Shown: positions 43,026 through 57,314, counted from the stretch's first letter. The stretch is 64,000 bases of DNA from Eledone cirrhosa (GCA_964016885.1 OZ024756.1:4092001-4156000), one strand, 5' to 3'. Translations and numbers: made by a program. The notes: a model not told the origin generated them from the sequence alone.

Positions 43026-45249
43026 GATATGTGTGTGTGTGTGTGTGTGTGTGCCATTTGATGTATGTGTATATATATATATATATATATATACAAAGAC
43101 ACACACACACACTCACACACACATATACATATATGTATATATATGTATATATATGTATATATATATGTGTGTGTGTGTGTGAGTATGTATGCATATGTAT
43201 TTATGTGTCTGAGTTCATATGACCATGTGGGTAGGGAAATGACCATATATATCTACGAACACACACATACACACACACACACACATATATATATATGTGC
43301 GTGTGTGCGTGTGTGTGTGTGTGTGCATGTGTCTGTACTTTTGTGTAGGTGTGTTTGCATGTGTGTGTTTGTGTGTGTGTCTGTGTGTGTGTGTATGTGT
43401 GTGTCTGCATGTGCGTGTTTGTGTGTGTGTCTGTGAGAATGTCTGCACGTGTGTGTGTGTGTGCGAGTGTCTGCATATTTGTGTTTGTGTGTGTCTGCAT
43501 GTGTGTGTGTGTGTGTGTGTGTCTATGAGTGTCTGCATGTGTGTATGTGTGTGTGTCTGTGTCTGCATGGGTGTGTGTCTGCATGTGTGTGTGTCTACAT
43601 GTATGTGGTCTGTGTGTGTCTGCATGTGTGTGTCTGTGTGTATGAAGTACGTTGGAGTGTGTGTGTGTGAAAGAGCCGTATAAACGCTACATAATTTCAT
43701 CAAGTTGTCAAAGATGTGAAACTACAGAAGTAAAAGAAGCAAGAAGTAGTGATATATGAGATAAAAATGTACATATATATGGTAAGAGGAAGGAGAAGAT
43801 GGCGGCTTTACATGACTATAGGAACTGTACAAGACAAGGATCTATAAATAAATGTACAGTACATTGTAGATTGGCTGTATCGATAGAGCATCGTACTATA
43901 TATGTTGTGGCATATATAATGTAGCCCCTTTACGGTCTGAGTTCAAATCCCACCGAGGTTAACTTTGCATTTCATCCTTACGAGGTCGATAAAATAAAGT
44001 ACCAGTAATACACTGGGATCGATTTAATCAACATTCCCTTCACCTAAAATTGTTGGCCTTGTGCTAAACGTAAAAAAAAGTTATTAAATATGTTGTCAGG
44101 GTGTTGGATTTGTAGAATCGGTAGAGCGTCGGAACACGTTTTGTGGCGAAGTTACGGCTCTTTACGTACTGAGTTCAAATCCCGCCGAGGTTAGCTTTGT
44201 CTTTCATCCTAAAGTACCAGTAATGCACTGGGTCTATTTAATCAACATTCCCCTCTCCCAAATGTGTTGGCCCTCTACCGGACACTAGATTAGCAGTATT
44301 TAGTTTCCCAGTTCAAATCTCATCGATGCCAAATATTCAACTGTTCGATACAGACTACACAATTTCTCCCACGTGACTTGGTACAGATCCAAGACTTTGC
44401 GAGAAGAATCTTATCTAAGTTTTCATGTCCTGAAATCGAACACAGGACGCCATGATTGAAAACTGGATTATTTAACCCGTTCGCCATTAATGGTATCAAA
44501 CATTCAAATACTGCGGTATGTATGACTATTAATATCACTTATGTAATAATTATTTCGTTATAAACACTCTAGGGAGCCTGTCGGTGTTGTAAGGCGGTCC
44601 TAAACGCATATATTTATCATTTTTTTACGCAAGTGTATCATATAGCCGGCAAATCAATCTTCAGGAAAACCCCAGAGATCAGGACTCTACTGTGACCGGA
44701 ATGGCAGCAACAGTAGTCGGGGAAACCTTGGGAGATACCAAAAATTCTTTTTCGAACATACCACCAGAGAAAAGTGCTATGTAGTATGTGTAAAATCCCC
44801 AGAGCTGTGTTAGTCTCTTTTGGTTTTAACTGAGAATTATACAGGTTCTCAGTTTATAGCTGGGAATTATTCACTAAAGAATTTATTAGAGTTTAGTTCT
44901 AATCAAATATAAACTATTTCTACAGTTGGTGAGATGGTGAGATTGAAATAACCACGAGGCTAAATATTTCACATATTGACTAAATGAAAATATCCAGAGA
45001 CAAACAAGACATGGGAGATAACCACAATTTCTTAGTTAATAACATTAATTAAAATATAAATACAATATGTGAAGTTTCAATGTTTTAATTAATTTCAGTT
45101 TATTAAAGTTTCTTGGATATCGTATTTTTTTGGATTATAAGTCTAGCCCGCGTTATATACAAATAAGCCTGCATCACAATAAATGTATTGTTTACAAAAT
45201 CTCTATATAAGAAGCTTTAGCTGTTTTGTCTCAGTCCCGAGTGAGAAGG

Positions 45250-45300
45250 CATCACTGATGACGGGTTATGTATCCTGAAATACTATAATAGTATTTGATG
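45250..45300 (+). ncRNA. Type-I hammerhead with stable stem III
   Basis: CATCA-CTGATGA-C GGGT TATGT ATCC T-GAAA-TACTA TAA TAGTA-TT^TGATG. Confidence 0.75.
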
Positions 45301-46194
45301 TTCTTACGTGGTTACAGAAGTAGCTATGCGATGATCACAGCTTAAAATAATCTCAGTGAATGTTATGTATGTTTGTTTTACTTTATCACGGGGCAGTGGA
45401 GTGGCAGTAATCGGTAGATCATCGGACACCATGCTTTGTGGCATAGAGTTACGGCCGTTTACATTCTGGGTTCATATCCCGCCGAGGTTAGCTTTGCCAT
45501 TCAGCCTTACGGAGCACCAGTAATGCCAAATTGTTGGCCTTGTGCTAAACGTAGAAACAATTATTAAATATGTTGTCAGGGTGGTAGATTAGCAGTATCA
45601 GTAGAGAGTCGGACAACATACTTTGTGGTATAGAGTCACGGCCCTTTACATTCTGAGTTCAAAACCCGCCGAGGTTAGCTTCGCCTTTCATCCTTACGGG
45701 GGTCAGTAAAATAAAGTACTAATAACGCACTGGGGTGGATTTAATTGACTTTCACACCCACCCCCCACCTCCACCCACCCAAAAAAGAAAAAAAAATTGT
45801 TGGCCTTGTACCTAAATCAGAAAGCATTATACATAAACATATTTTATAGGCTTCCATTTCTATTCTGAATCACGCTGTGATAGTGTTTGCTGTTAATTAA
45901 TATATATTTGTGTAGAAGAGTAATAATAATTTGTTTTGAGCACATTGTATATAAAACAAGACTAAGACTTTATTTTTGATCGGGTTTACTTTTTTATAGC
46001 ATGATATCCTTGTTATTTTGTGGAAAAGTAATATTCTCAAACCCTAATCATCATTTCTAGAACTTCACAGTCTCATCAGCCGTATGAAGTGATGTTGGCA
46101 TATGTAGTATATATAGTAAATAGTGTCAATGCGATTTACATAGGTATTATTGCCTTAATGTTCAACAGTTAAATTTATACGCTTTAGTAAAGTG

Positions 46195-46295
46195 GTTACC
46201 TGTAAAAAATACCTGTATAAAATACCTGTATAAAATACCTGTATAAAATACCTGTATAAAATACCTGTATAAAATACCTGTATAAAATACCTGTA
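46195..46295. repeat. 13-bp tandem repeat (TATAAAATACCTG)
   Basis: Direct inspection. Confidence 0.9.
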
Positions 46296-46862
46296 TATTC
46301 CAAACGAAATAATTATATTTTCAATATACTTAAAATTACTATACGACAAAGGTGTTTTCTATATGAAAGTATTATATACCATGTTCGTAGTTTCTATATA
46401 CTGACTGTATATACTATATTTATTTACAATAACACCACACTATATACCCAACATGCATATTCAATAGGCAATGACTATATATCCATTTTAATTTAGAGAC
46501 ACTAGAGTTTCTTATGTCCTGACAGTTAAACACATAAACACACACACATAGAGATATATAAATACATATATGTCAAGAGGAAATTAATATACTTTGTCAT
46601 CCTTGTTTTTAGGAAGTAATATGACGTTGAGTACTATCATTGAATTGCATCATTGTATACCGAACGTGAATATGTACATATATATATATATATATATATA
46701 TAGTGGTAGAACACTGGGAGGTAATATCCGTAGTGGTAGAGCACTCAGTCCATGGGATGAGTTAGGTAGAAGTGGTTACACAACACTTAGTGTATATATA
46801 TATATAACATTCAGAGACCAACCAGATGTGAGAAAAAACCACAGACCCTCCATCTCAGCTCA

Positions 46863-46900
46863 CCTTTTGAAAAGCAGAAGAACTGCGAAACCGGTAAAGG
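46863..46900 (+). ncRNA. Minimal hammerhead, U3-A8 core variant
   Basis: CCTT-TTGAAAA-GCAG AAGAA CTGC-GAAA-CCGG-TA^AAGG; host element ~46826-46965 is the reverse complement of ~29388-29526. Confidence 0.75.
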
Positions 46901-47094
46901 AACCAAATAAATATATATATATTTTTAAAACAATAAGACTGCAGTTGTATTTTCGATTTCATCTTTTTTTCTTTATACTTTCACTCGTGTAGGACACCTC
47001 GGTTATTTTTCAATTTGTAAAAAAAACCCTCCCTTTCTCATATGTATATATGTATATATGTATATATGTATATATGTATATATGTATATATATG

Positions 47095-47242
<148 letters not shown>

Positions 47243-47395
47243 ATAATAATAATAAATGTGAAAACTAAAATCCGATAGGGCTCGATAAGGATAATACATA
47301 TATAATATATATAAAACCGTAGAGTAAATATTTATTAAAATAACAGATTAAAGTTTAAGCAAAGAATCGAAGACTCGCTGCTTTCACCCTCAACG

Positions 47396-47525
<130 letters not shown>

Positions 47526-47710
47526 AAATGTGTGAGGTCCTTTGTACAGTTAGGTATATTTGAAAAAAAAAGGAAAAGAATGACTTCACTTGTAGTTTTA
47601 AATAATTTGATTTAATTTTATAATATTATAATATTATAACATTAAATCAAATTATTTAAAACTACAATTGAAGTCATTCTTTTCCTTTTTTTTTAAATAT
47701 ATCTATCTAT

Positions 47711-48055
47711 CTAGGGCGCGTAAAATTCCCGAGATCTATGGACGAGTTCTCTCCAGCGGTCTCTGTCCCTCATTACCACTGCCATGTCCTGCGTCTCCAA
47801 CAGACCAGTGTCTGTCCTTAGGGCATCAACATATGTTAACCTTGGTCTTCCTCTTTCAGTGTGTCCATGCAGGGGCTCCCACAGGAGCACTGAGTGCAGT
47901 GTCAACTCTGGATGTCGGTGAGCATGTCCAGCTAACCTCAGTCTCCTCTGTGTCACTTTTGAGCTGACTTTTAAGAGGCTCCCGTACAGCTCTGAGTTTT
48001 TCATCCTCAGTGTATACTGATTAATGTTCAGAGCCATCCTCAGCATTCTCGTATA
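47711..48055 (-). mobile_element. RTE-group LINE 3' fragment
   Basis: YTRMLRMALNI…ELYG…QRRLRLAGHAHRH…LLWEP…RGRPRLTYVD…MRDRDRWR. Confidence 0.85.
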
Positions 48056-48439
48056 TATATATAGTGGAGTGGTAAGGCTGCCGTTGTGCCATGTGACGTG
48101 TTTGAAGCATTGTAAACTTGGCGGAATCCATCCCTCTTCAGGTTTTCTTAGAGAGAAAGAGTGGAAAATTGAAACTCTGTACTGCATTGGTACTTTTTTA
48201 TCAAGCTCAAAGGATGTGGGGCAAAGTTGAGCTGAGCGGGATTTGAACCCAGGGTACAGAGAGCCAGATCGACGACCTCAACATATTCTATCCGACATAC
48301 AAACTATTCTGCCAATCCCTTCAGACGCAAGGGATTAACACCTGACTTTACTCACACCAAGACAAATTCAATGGTTCCTTCACACTTTTAGTTTGTCTTG
48401 TCACTTCTAAGCTGTTGTAGAATAATAAATAACATTTAG

Positions 48440-48509
48440 AAAGCTGTAGCAGTCAATCGATGCAGCCTGTGGAAGACGGCTCGGTGTTGTTTTGAAATGT
48501 GTTAACGTG
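48440..48509 (+). pseudogene. Exon-like island 5: (K)KL*QSIDAACGRRLGVVLKCVNV
   Basis: TTTAG acceptor, strong GTAAGA donor; phase compatible with island 4; one in-frame TAG at 48447. Confidence 0.4.
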
Positions 48510-48621
48510 GTAAGAGATATTCCTTACGGGAGAACTGAAGGAAGACATATGTTGTAAGAGATTCTATGAAATAACGTATGACAAGACATGTATGATAAGA
48601 AAGAGTTGTTTAGGCATTTTA

Positions 48622-48673
<52 letters not shown>

Positions 48674-48677
48674 CATC

Positions 48678-48756
<79 letters not shown>

Positions 48757-48807
48757 CATATATCATATATAAATATATATATATATATACATATACATAC
48801 ATACATC

Positions 48808-48846
<39 letters not shown>

Positions 48847-48904
48847 CATACATCATATATATATATATAAATATATGTATATATATACATACATACATCA
48901 TATT

Positions 48905-49051
<147 letters not shown>

Positions 49052-49239
49052 ACATACATCATATATATATATATATATATATATAAAGAATTTATTGCTG
49101 AATAAAAGTATCTAAACAAAGATAAAAGTATTTAAAAGTAAGGATTAAGATAATAAACAAGAAGAGAGAATAGGGGAGGAAAAAAAGGGGCTGATCAATT
49201 AAATAATGGAAAAAGGTGACTTGGAAAACTCTGTACCCT

Positions 49240-49550
49240 TTACTAGTTGGTATATCTCAGCCCCACTCTCCTTAGCTAGGTGGTATATCTGAGGAACCCA
49301 TAGACAGGTGGTATATCTGAGCCCCTTAGCAATGTGTTATATTTCAGATACCCATAGATATGTGGTATATCTGAGCCCCTTAACACTGTGGTATATCTTA
49401 GGAACCAATAGACAGGTGGTATATCTGAGTCCCTTAACAATGTAGTGTATTTCATAAACCCATAGATATGTGATATATCTAAGCTACTTAGCTAGTTGGT
49501 ATATCACAGGCTCCCTTAACAATGTGGTATATCTTAGGAACCCATAGACA
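49240..49550. repeat. Diverged ~27/54-bp tandem repeat (GTGGTATATCT…)
   Basis: Direct inspection. Confidence 0.8.
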
Positions 49551-50504
49551 GTGGTGGACTGGGTCTAAAAATATAGGTTGCCAAGAGATGAAGAGGGCCC
49601 ACCTACATATAGAATGAAGGGGCCCACCTACATATAGAATGCTATCATTTAATTTTTATAATGAATAAATAACATTTTCGAAAAAATACATTAGTAGAAA
49701 CACACCAGTGAAATCAAATTCTTTGCGGGATAATATCTTACCTTCTCCAATAAAAAATATGTATTTTGCGAAATCCAGAAACTTTCAATAATGACCAGAA
49801 GTCGACCCTAAATATTACTAATAGTTTTAGGAAAGCCATGAACGACACCACATCTTTTTAATTTTGATTTTGAAAGTAGGTTTATGATTATCAATTTTCA
49901 TTATACTTTTGTAGCTGTCTCGGTGGCTTAGTTGGAGAAATCGTAGACGTTGGTGATCCTGGTCGGCAGTAGGGTTCCCAGTAAACCTTTTCAGTTTTTT
50001 TTCTATTTGTTGTAAATTAAAAACTGAAAAATGTTAAATGTACCTCTTGACCGTGTGTGTGTGTTGTGTGTGTGTGTGTGTCTATATTTATCTCTATATA
50101 TCTCTATATATATATACTTGTGTGTCTTTGTCTATATATGTATGTTTGCATGCATGAATGAATACACTAAGCTTTAGATTTAGCAGAATGTACAACCACT
50201 GATTCCAGCTATTTGCACTATCGTATATTTTGGTTTCTAGTAATTCCCTGGGGAATTGGTTGACCAAATGCTTTGCTTATTTTATTTTTTTTAATTTATT
50301 CTTTCTCCTTAAATTTCGGGTATTTTTAAATTTGTCAGACGTATCTCAGACGAATCCATGGCGTTCACTGGGGGGACCACATCAGTGATGTCGAGATTGT
50401 GGAAAGCTCTCTGTGTGAAAGCATAGAAGCTCTTGTGCTTAAGCAAAGACTGATGGAGTGGTCACCTTGCCAGGATGGAAGATTCTAGAATAGCAAAACA
50501 ATTT

Positions 50505-51065
50505 TTTATGAAGAGTTAGTTAAAAGAAAACGACCTCCACATAAACGAAAAAGGAGGTATAAGGATTCCTTGAAAGCCTCATTGAAAGATGCTAACATCT
50601 CTGCTGATACATGGGAAAGTGTAGCTGCTGATCGTTGTAAAGAAAGACTAAATATGAGGGGAAAGTTGCCTTGAGGCATCTCGAATCGCATATGAGAAAG
50701 TGAAAAGGGATGTCAGGAAAGCCATTGCTGTTACATTTCCAGACTCAAAGGTCCTCCTATGGTGCTGACATGCAGCGTCTGTGCGAGACTCTGCCTCAGC
50801 AAAGCTGGACTGAAAAGTCATCTTCGCAGTCATAAAGTGAGACCAGTGGTTGACTACCAGGCTTCTGTCGGTGGTGCTACTCATCATACCTGACAAGCAT
50901 GTGGAAAAGAGAGAAGATCAGCAGAAGGGCTCAAACAAGATGCAAAAGTACATGACGACCAAACACAGCTGGCTATTGCCAGTGAATGCTTTTATCAAGG
51001 TTGCGAACTCTGTGCAAGGCATTTTTTATCATTGGCTGGTCTAAGAGGCCACATTCGATCGTAGC
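50505..51065 (+). mobile_element. RTE/BovB-like LINE 3' fragment
   Basis: YEELVKRKRPPHKRKRRYKDSLKASLKDANISADTWESVAADR and later LCLSKAGLKSHLRSHK. Confidence 0.75.
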
Positions 51066-51448
51066 TCTCTAAATTATTAATATACATATATGTGTGTGTA
51101 TACATATGTATATGTGTATTTTTTTTAATCGTGCAATGGCCATACGCGATAACGAGAGGGCAGCCACCATGTATGTTTTCTCTTTCTCTTAATTTCGAGT
51201 ATATTTTTTTGACCGGCCACCTTCCTGGTGGCAAGGTTGTAAAAGAAAAGAAATTGTCATCCCTTGAATCGCAAGAATGTTTTGCATATTTTGAAGGTGC
51301 CAGCTATCACAGCCATTTGTAGACTATGAATTAGGGAGCTGCGCTTTTTGTCCGCAAATCCAAGTTCGGTCATACTTTGGTCCAAGCGGGTTGGTATATA
51401 ACCCGTAGCACCAATAATGATGGGTATGAAGCTAAAGGTGTATCTTGG

Positions 51449-51479
<31 letters not shown>

Positions 51480-52019
51480 TGTATGTATGTATGTATGTAT
51501 GTATGTATGTATGTATGTATGCATGTATGTATGTTCTTCTGGTTTTATAATTTCCCGAATTGCTTCCAAGAGAGAGTCGGTTTCTAACATAGACACAGGA
51601 CTCTCTCATTGGAATTTACACAACATCAACTAGGTAGATATGTATGTATGTATGTATGTATGTATATATATGTATGTATGTATGCATGTATGTATGTTCT
51701 TCTGGTTTTATAATTTCCCGAATTGCTTCCAAGAGAGAGTCGGTTTCTAACATAGACACAGGACTCTCTCATTGGAATTTACACAACATCAACTAGGTAG
51801 ATATGTATGCGTATGTGCATGTATGGATGTTATTGTATGTGAGGATGTGCATGTGTTGAGTTATATTTGTGCATGTGCTTTGTATCTGTACAAGTGTACA
51901 TGGAGTTATTAGATGCAGCACTTTTGGAAAGTTTCACAAATTTTTACTGTTCCATTAATGGATTGTACTTGTAATGTTCTAACTAATGTTCTTTCTATTT
52001 CTGTGAAGCCCAACATGTA

Positions 52020-53280
52020 TGTTTTTCTCTTTTTCTTAATTTTGAGTACATTTTTTTTACCGGTCACCTCCCTGGTGGCAAGGTTGTAAAAGAAAAGAAA
52101 TTGTCATCCCTTGAATCGCAAGAATGTTTTGCAAATTTTGAAGGTGCCAGCTATCGCAGCCATTTGTAGACTATGAATTAGGGAGTTGCGCTCTTTGTCC
52201 ACAAATCCAAGTTCAGTTATACTTTGCTCCAAGCGGGTTGGTATATAACCTGTAGTTCCAATAATGATGGGTATGAAGCTGAACGTGTATCTTGGATACT
52301 GGATTTGCAAACTTCTCATCAATTGTCCATAGATGTCCTCCTTCTCTTGTATTTTTCTGACAACGTTGATATCAAGTGGTCAGCTGATCTCTACAACAGA
52401 GCACGTTTTCAATGTGTGGTCCCAAACAACAATATCAGGCCAGTTGTGCTTTAATTCGGTGGCAGTTTTTTTTATTTTCAGGTTCCACGAGTATTCTTCA
52501 GTGCCATCTATCTCAACATATTCCTCCTCATTTGTTTTTAATTTTGTTTTCCTAAGTGCGCTCCAGGTGGTTCTAGCTATAACATTGTGTCTCATAGGGA
52601 GGTAGTAGCGAGACGACATTCTTTCACAGTTGGCAACAATGAGGCTAACATCTTCGATCTTTGTTTTACAAAGCCTACATTTATTGTCAACTGATGGCCC
52701 TCCTCTTTTGTGTAGCAGATATTTGGTAGGGATTTCTTGTTCCTGTACTGCATAGAGATATCCTTCAAGGTGGGATGTTATAAACTTGTCAGGACTCCAT
52801 GCCAGGCTTTTTGAATGATTTATCCCCTGTATGGTCTGTGTTTTTGTCTCAGATACCCATGTGCAACTTTCTCTGTAAATTGGTCCATTTGTTTTATCTT
52901 GTTCGAGCATTGAATAGGATCTTCCAATGTTCCTCGGGGAGAGATTTATATCAGGCCTTATTCCATATATCTCCTCCAGATATCCTAATGATATTATTTC
53001 CTTCGTGCTCATAAACATGGGCAAGATGGTTGCTGCCCTTTTCTCTGGAAGATGTGGCTTCAGTGTTACTATCCGGGTCTCATATGATGTTAATATGGAT
53101 TTTAGGCCCCGGCCACCTTCCTTGAGTGAGAAGTATAGCCTATCCACATCACCATTGATGTTAAAGTTCCCAATAACACTGAGATGGTTGCGAGTTCTAA
53201 CATCCATCTCACTTAGTTATTGCAATGACCAGTCCAGCAGGCCAAATGTTGGCGTTAGGATTGGCACAGCATAAGTATTC
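52020..53280 (-). mobile_element. R4/Dong-like LINE 3' portion (5'-truncated); duplicated 3' end at ~51175-51450 and a related end at ~53505-53640
   Basis: DVDRLYFSLKEGGRGLKSI, AVQEQEIPTK, CRLCKTKIEDVSLIVANC…MRHN, NWPDIVVWD…VEIS, FIPIIIGTTG…FLRFKG*. Confidence 0.9.
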
Positions 53281-53989
53281 TAACATAGACACAAGACTCT
53301 CTCATTGGAATTTTCACAACATCAACTAGGTAGATATGTCTGCATGCATGCATGTGTAGGTATGGATGTTATTGTATGTGTCGATATATATGTTTTGAGT
53401 TGTATGTGTGCATGTGTATATGCTTTGTATCTGTACATGTGTATATGCAGTTATTAGATGCAACATTATAGGAATGTTTTATGTATGTATGTATGCATCC
53501 ATGCCTCACTTTCTCTTAATTTCGAGTTTATGTTTGACCGGCCACGTTCCCGGTGGCAAACGTGTAAAGATATGTATCAACTTGTCTCAATTAACCCTTC
53601 TCTAAATGCCGAATATTTCTTCCAATATACAACTACAAGTTAGTGTTTGCACCGCTAATCACCTTCCCTTCCTTATATATATATATATATAACGAAGGAA
53701 ATGTGGTACGGAACCAGGTAGACCATAACGCACCAAAGTACTCAATACTTAGGGTAGTAGAGTGGATAATAGGAACCAGTAAGACCCCGACGGCTCAGCT
53801 CAAGCCGTTTCGACGGCTAATTCTGGACTAAAATAATTTTAGTCCAGAATTAGCCGTGGAAACGGCTTGAGCTCAGCCGTCCGGGTCTTACTGGTTCCTA
53901 TATATATATATATATATTACTCTTTTACTCTTTTACCTGTTTCAGCCATCCGGCTGAGGCCATGCTGGGGCACCGCCCTTGTTGCTACA

Positions 53990-54218
53990 CATTTTATCTC
54001 CAGCCTGTATAGGTTGGCCACTGGTGTAGGAGGGAGTTTGTTGCTGCTGCCCTTAGGTTTCCCTCGTGTCTTGCTGTGGGCTCATCCGGGATCCTGGATA
54101 ACAAGGTGTCGAGATGTTTCTTAAAGACATCCACCTCCACGTCATGCAAGTCTCGCAGATGCCTCGGCAGCCTGTTGAAGAGTTGAGGGCCCTTGAATCC
54201 CAGGCTATTGCAATACCT
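53990..54218 (-). mobile_element. CR1-group LINE 3' fragment
   Basis: CNSLGFKGPQLFNRLPRHLRDLH…VFKKHLDTLLSRIPDEPT…ATNSLLHQ. Confidence 0.75.
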
Positions 54219-54409
54219 ATATATATATATTATTACACAACATTGGATTACACAAAATCTGTGAATAAAATTTCTGTCTTGACTTTTTTTGTATTGAGAT
54301 TGAATTATTTTCCCATATCTTACGTTAAATATTTTCCATCTTGACGTAATAGTCACTTATATGTATGAATTACTGTTGGCTTCTTGCTCACATTAATTTC
54401 TCTATCTTC

Positions 54410-54480
<71 letters not shown>

Positions 54481-54828
54481 GGAGTTATATTTAATTTGTT
54501 GGGATACAACAAGCAAATATTTTTATAACTGATATAAAGCACTCAACAATTTATTGGAGTAAAAATACAATATATTAACAAATGGAAACTATATTTATAA
54601 AACCATATTTATTTCATTATACATATTTCAGGGACATCAAAGCAAATTATGGTGCGCTTTCATCAGATAAAATATAATATAGATCAGTTTTATAAACAAA
54701 TATTGACATACCCTTAAAGAATGCGACCATGTCGGTTGGAAGCTCCCGGATAGACTATATATAATAAATTGAAGTGAAAGCAACTGGTGCGTGTGTTTCT
54801 TATTGGCAACATGACCCTCCCAAAGTAT

Positions 54829-54891
<63 letters not shown>

Positions 54892-55443
54892 TATTAAAAT
54901 AACAGATTAAAGTTTAAGCAAAGAATTGCTGCTCTCACCCTTAACGGGATCTTCTGAAATATTTGCTCTACGGTTCTTATATATTTGATATATAGTTATC
55001 CTTATCGAGCCCTCTTATGATTTTAGTCTTGAAAATTTATTATTATTACTATATATATATTTTTTTTTCTTCCTAATAATCGTCTTTTTCTCCCTATTTT
55101 CATATATATATATATATATATATAACGAAGGAAATGTGGTAAGGAACCAGGTGGACCATAACGCACCAAAGTACTCAATACTTAGGGTAGTAGAGTGGGT
55201 AATAGGAACGAGTAGGACCCCGACGGCTGAGCTCAAGCCGTTTCGACGGCTAATTCAGTCCAGAATTAGCCGTAGAAACGGCTTGAGCTCAGCCGTCGGG
55301 GTCCTACTCGTTTATATATATATATACAATTCAATATGTTAGTAAATGGAAACCGTCGGGGTCCTACTCGTTTATATATATATATATATATATATACAAT
55401 TCAATATGTTAGTAAATGGAAACTATATTTATAAAACTATAAA

Positions 55444-55508
55444 TATTTTATTATATATATTTCAAGGGCAACCAAGGCAGTTTTGGTGCGCTTTCATCAG
55501 ATAAAATA
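55444..55508 (-). ncRNA. Hammerhead, family A (inverted partner at 55623-55680 +; another at ~54610-54675 -)
   Basis: TATTTTAT-CTGATGA-AAG…CTT-GAAA-TATATA-TA^ATAAAATA. Confidence 0.8.
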
Positions 55509-55869
55509 CAAAATTTGTTTTATAAATGTTGACATACCCGTAGAAAAACAACCTTGACGGTTGAAGGTTCGCTAGATAGTTTGTTTTTCTATGGGTATGT
55601 CAACATTTATAAAAAAAATTTGTATTTTATCTGATGAAAGTGCACCAAAACTGCCTTGGTTGCTCTTGAAATATATATATATATAACCAAAGATTAGTAT
55701 GGTTTGTTGATTACTCAATGAATAAAAATTTACAATAGATTAGAAGCACTCAACTGTGAGTTTTTAATATTATTCAAAATATTAACAAATGAAAAATATT
55801 CTCAAAACCGTTAAAGATGTCTTTTTTTCAGGGAATGTCAATATTTATTTATAAAACAAATCTGTATTG

Positions 55870-55935
55870 TATTTTATCTGATGAAAGCGCACCATAATTT
55901 GCCTTGGTGGCCCTTGAAATATGTATAATAAAATA
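55870..55935 (+). ncRNA. Hammerhead, family A, intact reference copy
   Basis: TATTTTAT-CTGATGA-AAG CGCACCA…TGGTGGCC CTT-GAAA-TATGTA-TA^ATAAAATA: 8-bp stem I, full core. Confidence 0.85.
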
Positions 55936-57207
55936 AATATGGTTTTATAAATATAGTTTCCATTTGTTAATATATTGTATATATACTCCACTAACTTCTT
56001 GAGTGCTTTATATCAGTTCTAAAAATGTTTAAGTTTGTTAAATCCCAACAAATTAAATATAACCTCTGCATATATATATACATGTCAACTGTGGTTAAAG
56101 ATATATATATTCAGGGAGGATATATATATATATATATATATATCTTTAACCACAGCTCACTTGTGACACCTCCCCCAACACCTTCACATTACAAGCCTCC
56201 CCGTCTTCCTTTTTCTACTTCACTCTATTGGTTTCACCTCCACCACCACCACCATCACCGCCACTACCACCACGTTACCACCACCATCACCACCCCACTA
56301 CCACCACCACCACCACCACTACCCCCATCTCCACCCCACCCACTACCATTACCACCACCACAAACACCACCCACCCCCACCCCGTCCCCCATCCACACCT
56401 CACCCCACAACCACTACTACTAAACCCCTCACCACCATCACCACAACCACTATCATTAACACCACCACCACCACTACCACAGCCACCATAACTACCCCAC
56501 CCCACCCCCCTTCACCACCACCACTACTACCACCACTACCCCACCGCCACCACAACCACTACCACAACCCCCACCACTAAACCACAACCACAACCACTAC
56601 CACTACTACCACCACCACCACTACCACCACCGGCCCACCCCACCTCCACCACTCACCCACCATTCTTTACCCTGACATCCCTCTATCTTTTCCAGTATGT
56701 CCATCGTTTTCCACCGAAGCCAAGTCATCTCCCACCACTCCTCTCTCCTCGTCCCAATCATATTCTCAGCTGTGAGGGGATAATGAGGTAATTTGATACC
56801 TGATTCGGGCAGAGGCGACCGGACCCTATTGAGTGTTGTAGGTAGAGCTAATGTAAACATAGAGCCGCCCCTTCCCACCCCACCACCTACCCTCCTCCTC
56901 CTCCACCTCCTCCTCCTTCTTCTTCTTCTTCTTCTTCCTTTTCTTCTTTTTCTTTTCCTTCTTTTTCTTCTTTGCTTTCCTTTTACTTCTTTTACTTCTT
57001 TTTCTTCTTCTTCTTCGCCTTCTTTGCCCTCTCCCCTTGCCCATTCCCCCTTATTCTTATTATTTGCCCCCCCCCCCCCCCTCCCCTTCTTCTTCTTCTT
57101 CTTCTTCTTCTTCTTCTTCTTCTTCTTCTTCTTCTTCTTCTTCCTCCGCCCCTTCTTCTTCTTCTTCTTCTTCTTCTTCTTCTTCTTCGCCCCCTCCTCC
57201 TCCTCAG

Positions 57208-57314
57208 ACATGTCCTCATACCCCTCTCTGTCGAACTGTACTTTAATAAGTTTAAACTACACGGAAGAATAATCTTTTAGAATAATTTCCATATAAGATA
57301 TATTCCACCATTTG
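57208..57314 (+). pseudogene. Exon-like island 6: TCPH / LSVELYFNKFKLHGRIIF*NNFHIRYIPPFG
   Basis: CAG acceptor after a very long pyrimidine tract; frameshift, stop and no intact donor. Confidence 0.3.

Noticed and set aside
48447-48449. In-frame TAG rescued by A-to-I editing to Trp
   Set aside because: Possible in cephalopods in principle, but neighbouring islands also have frameshifts that editing cannot repair, so decay is more parsimonious.
56621-57280. Lys/Arg/Glu-rich or poly-Leu/Ser ORFs
   Set aside because: Translations of a (CTT)n/pyrimidine tract.
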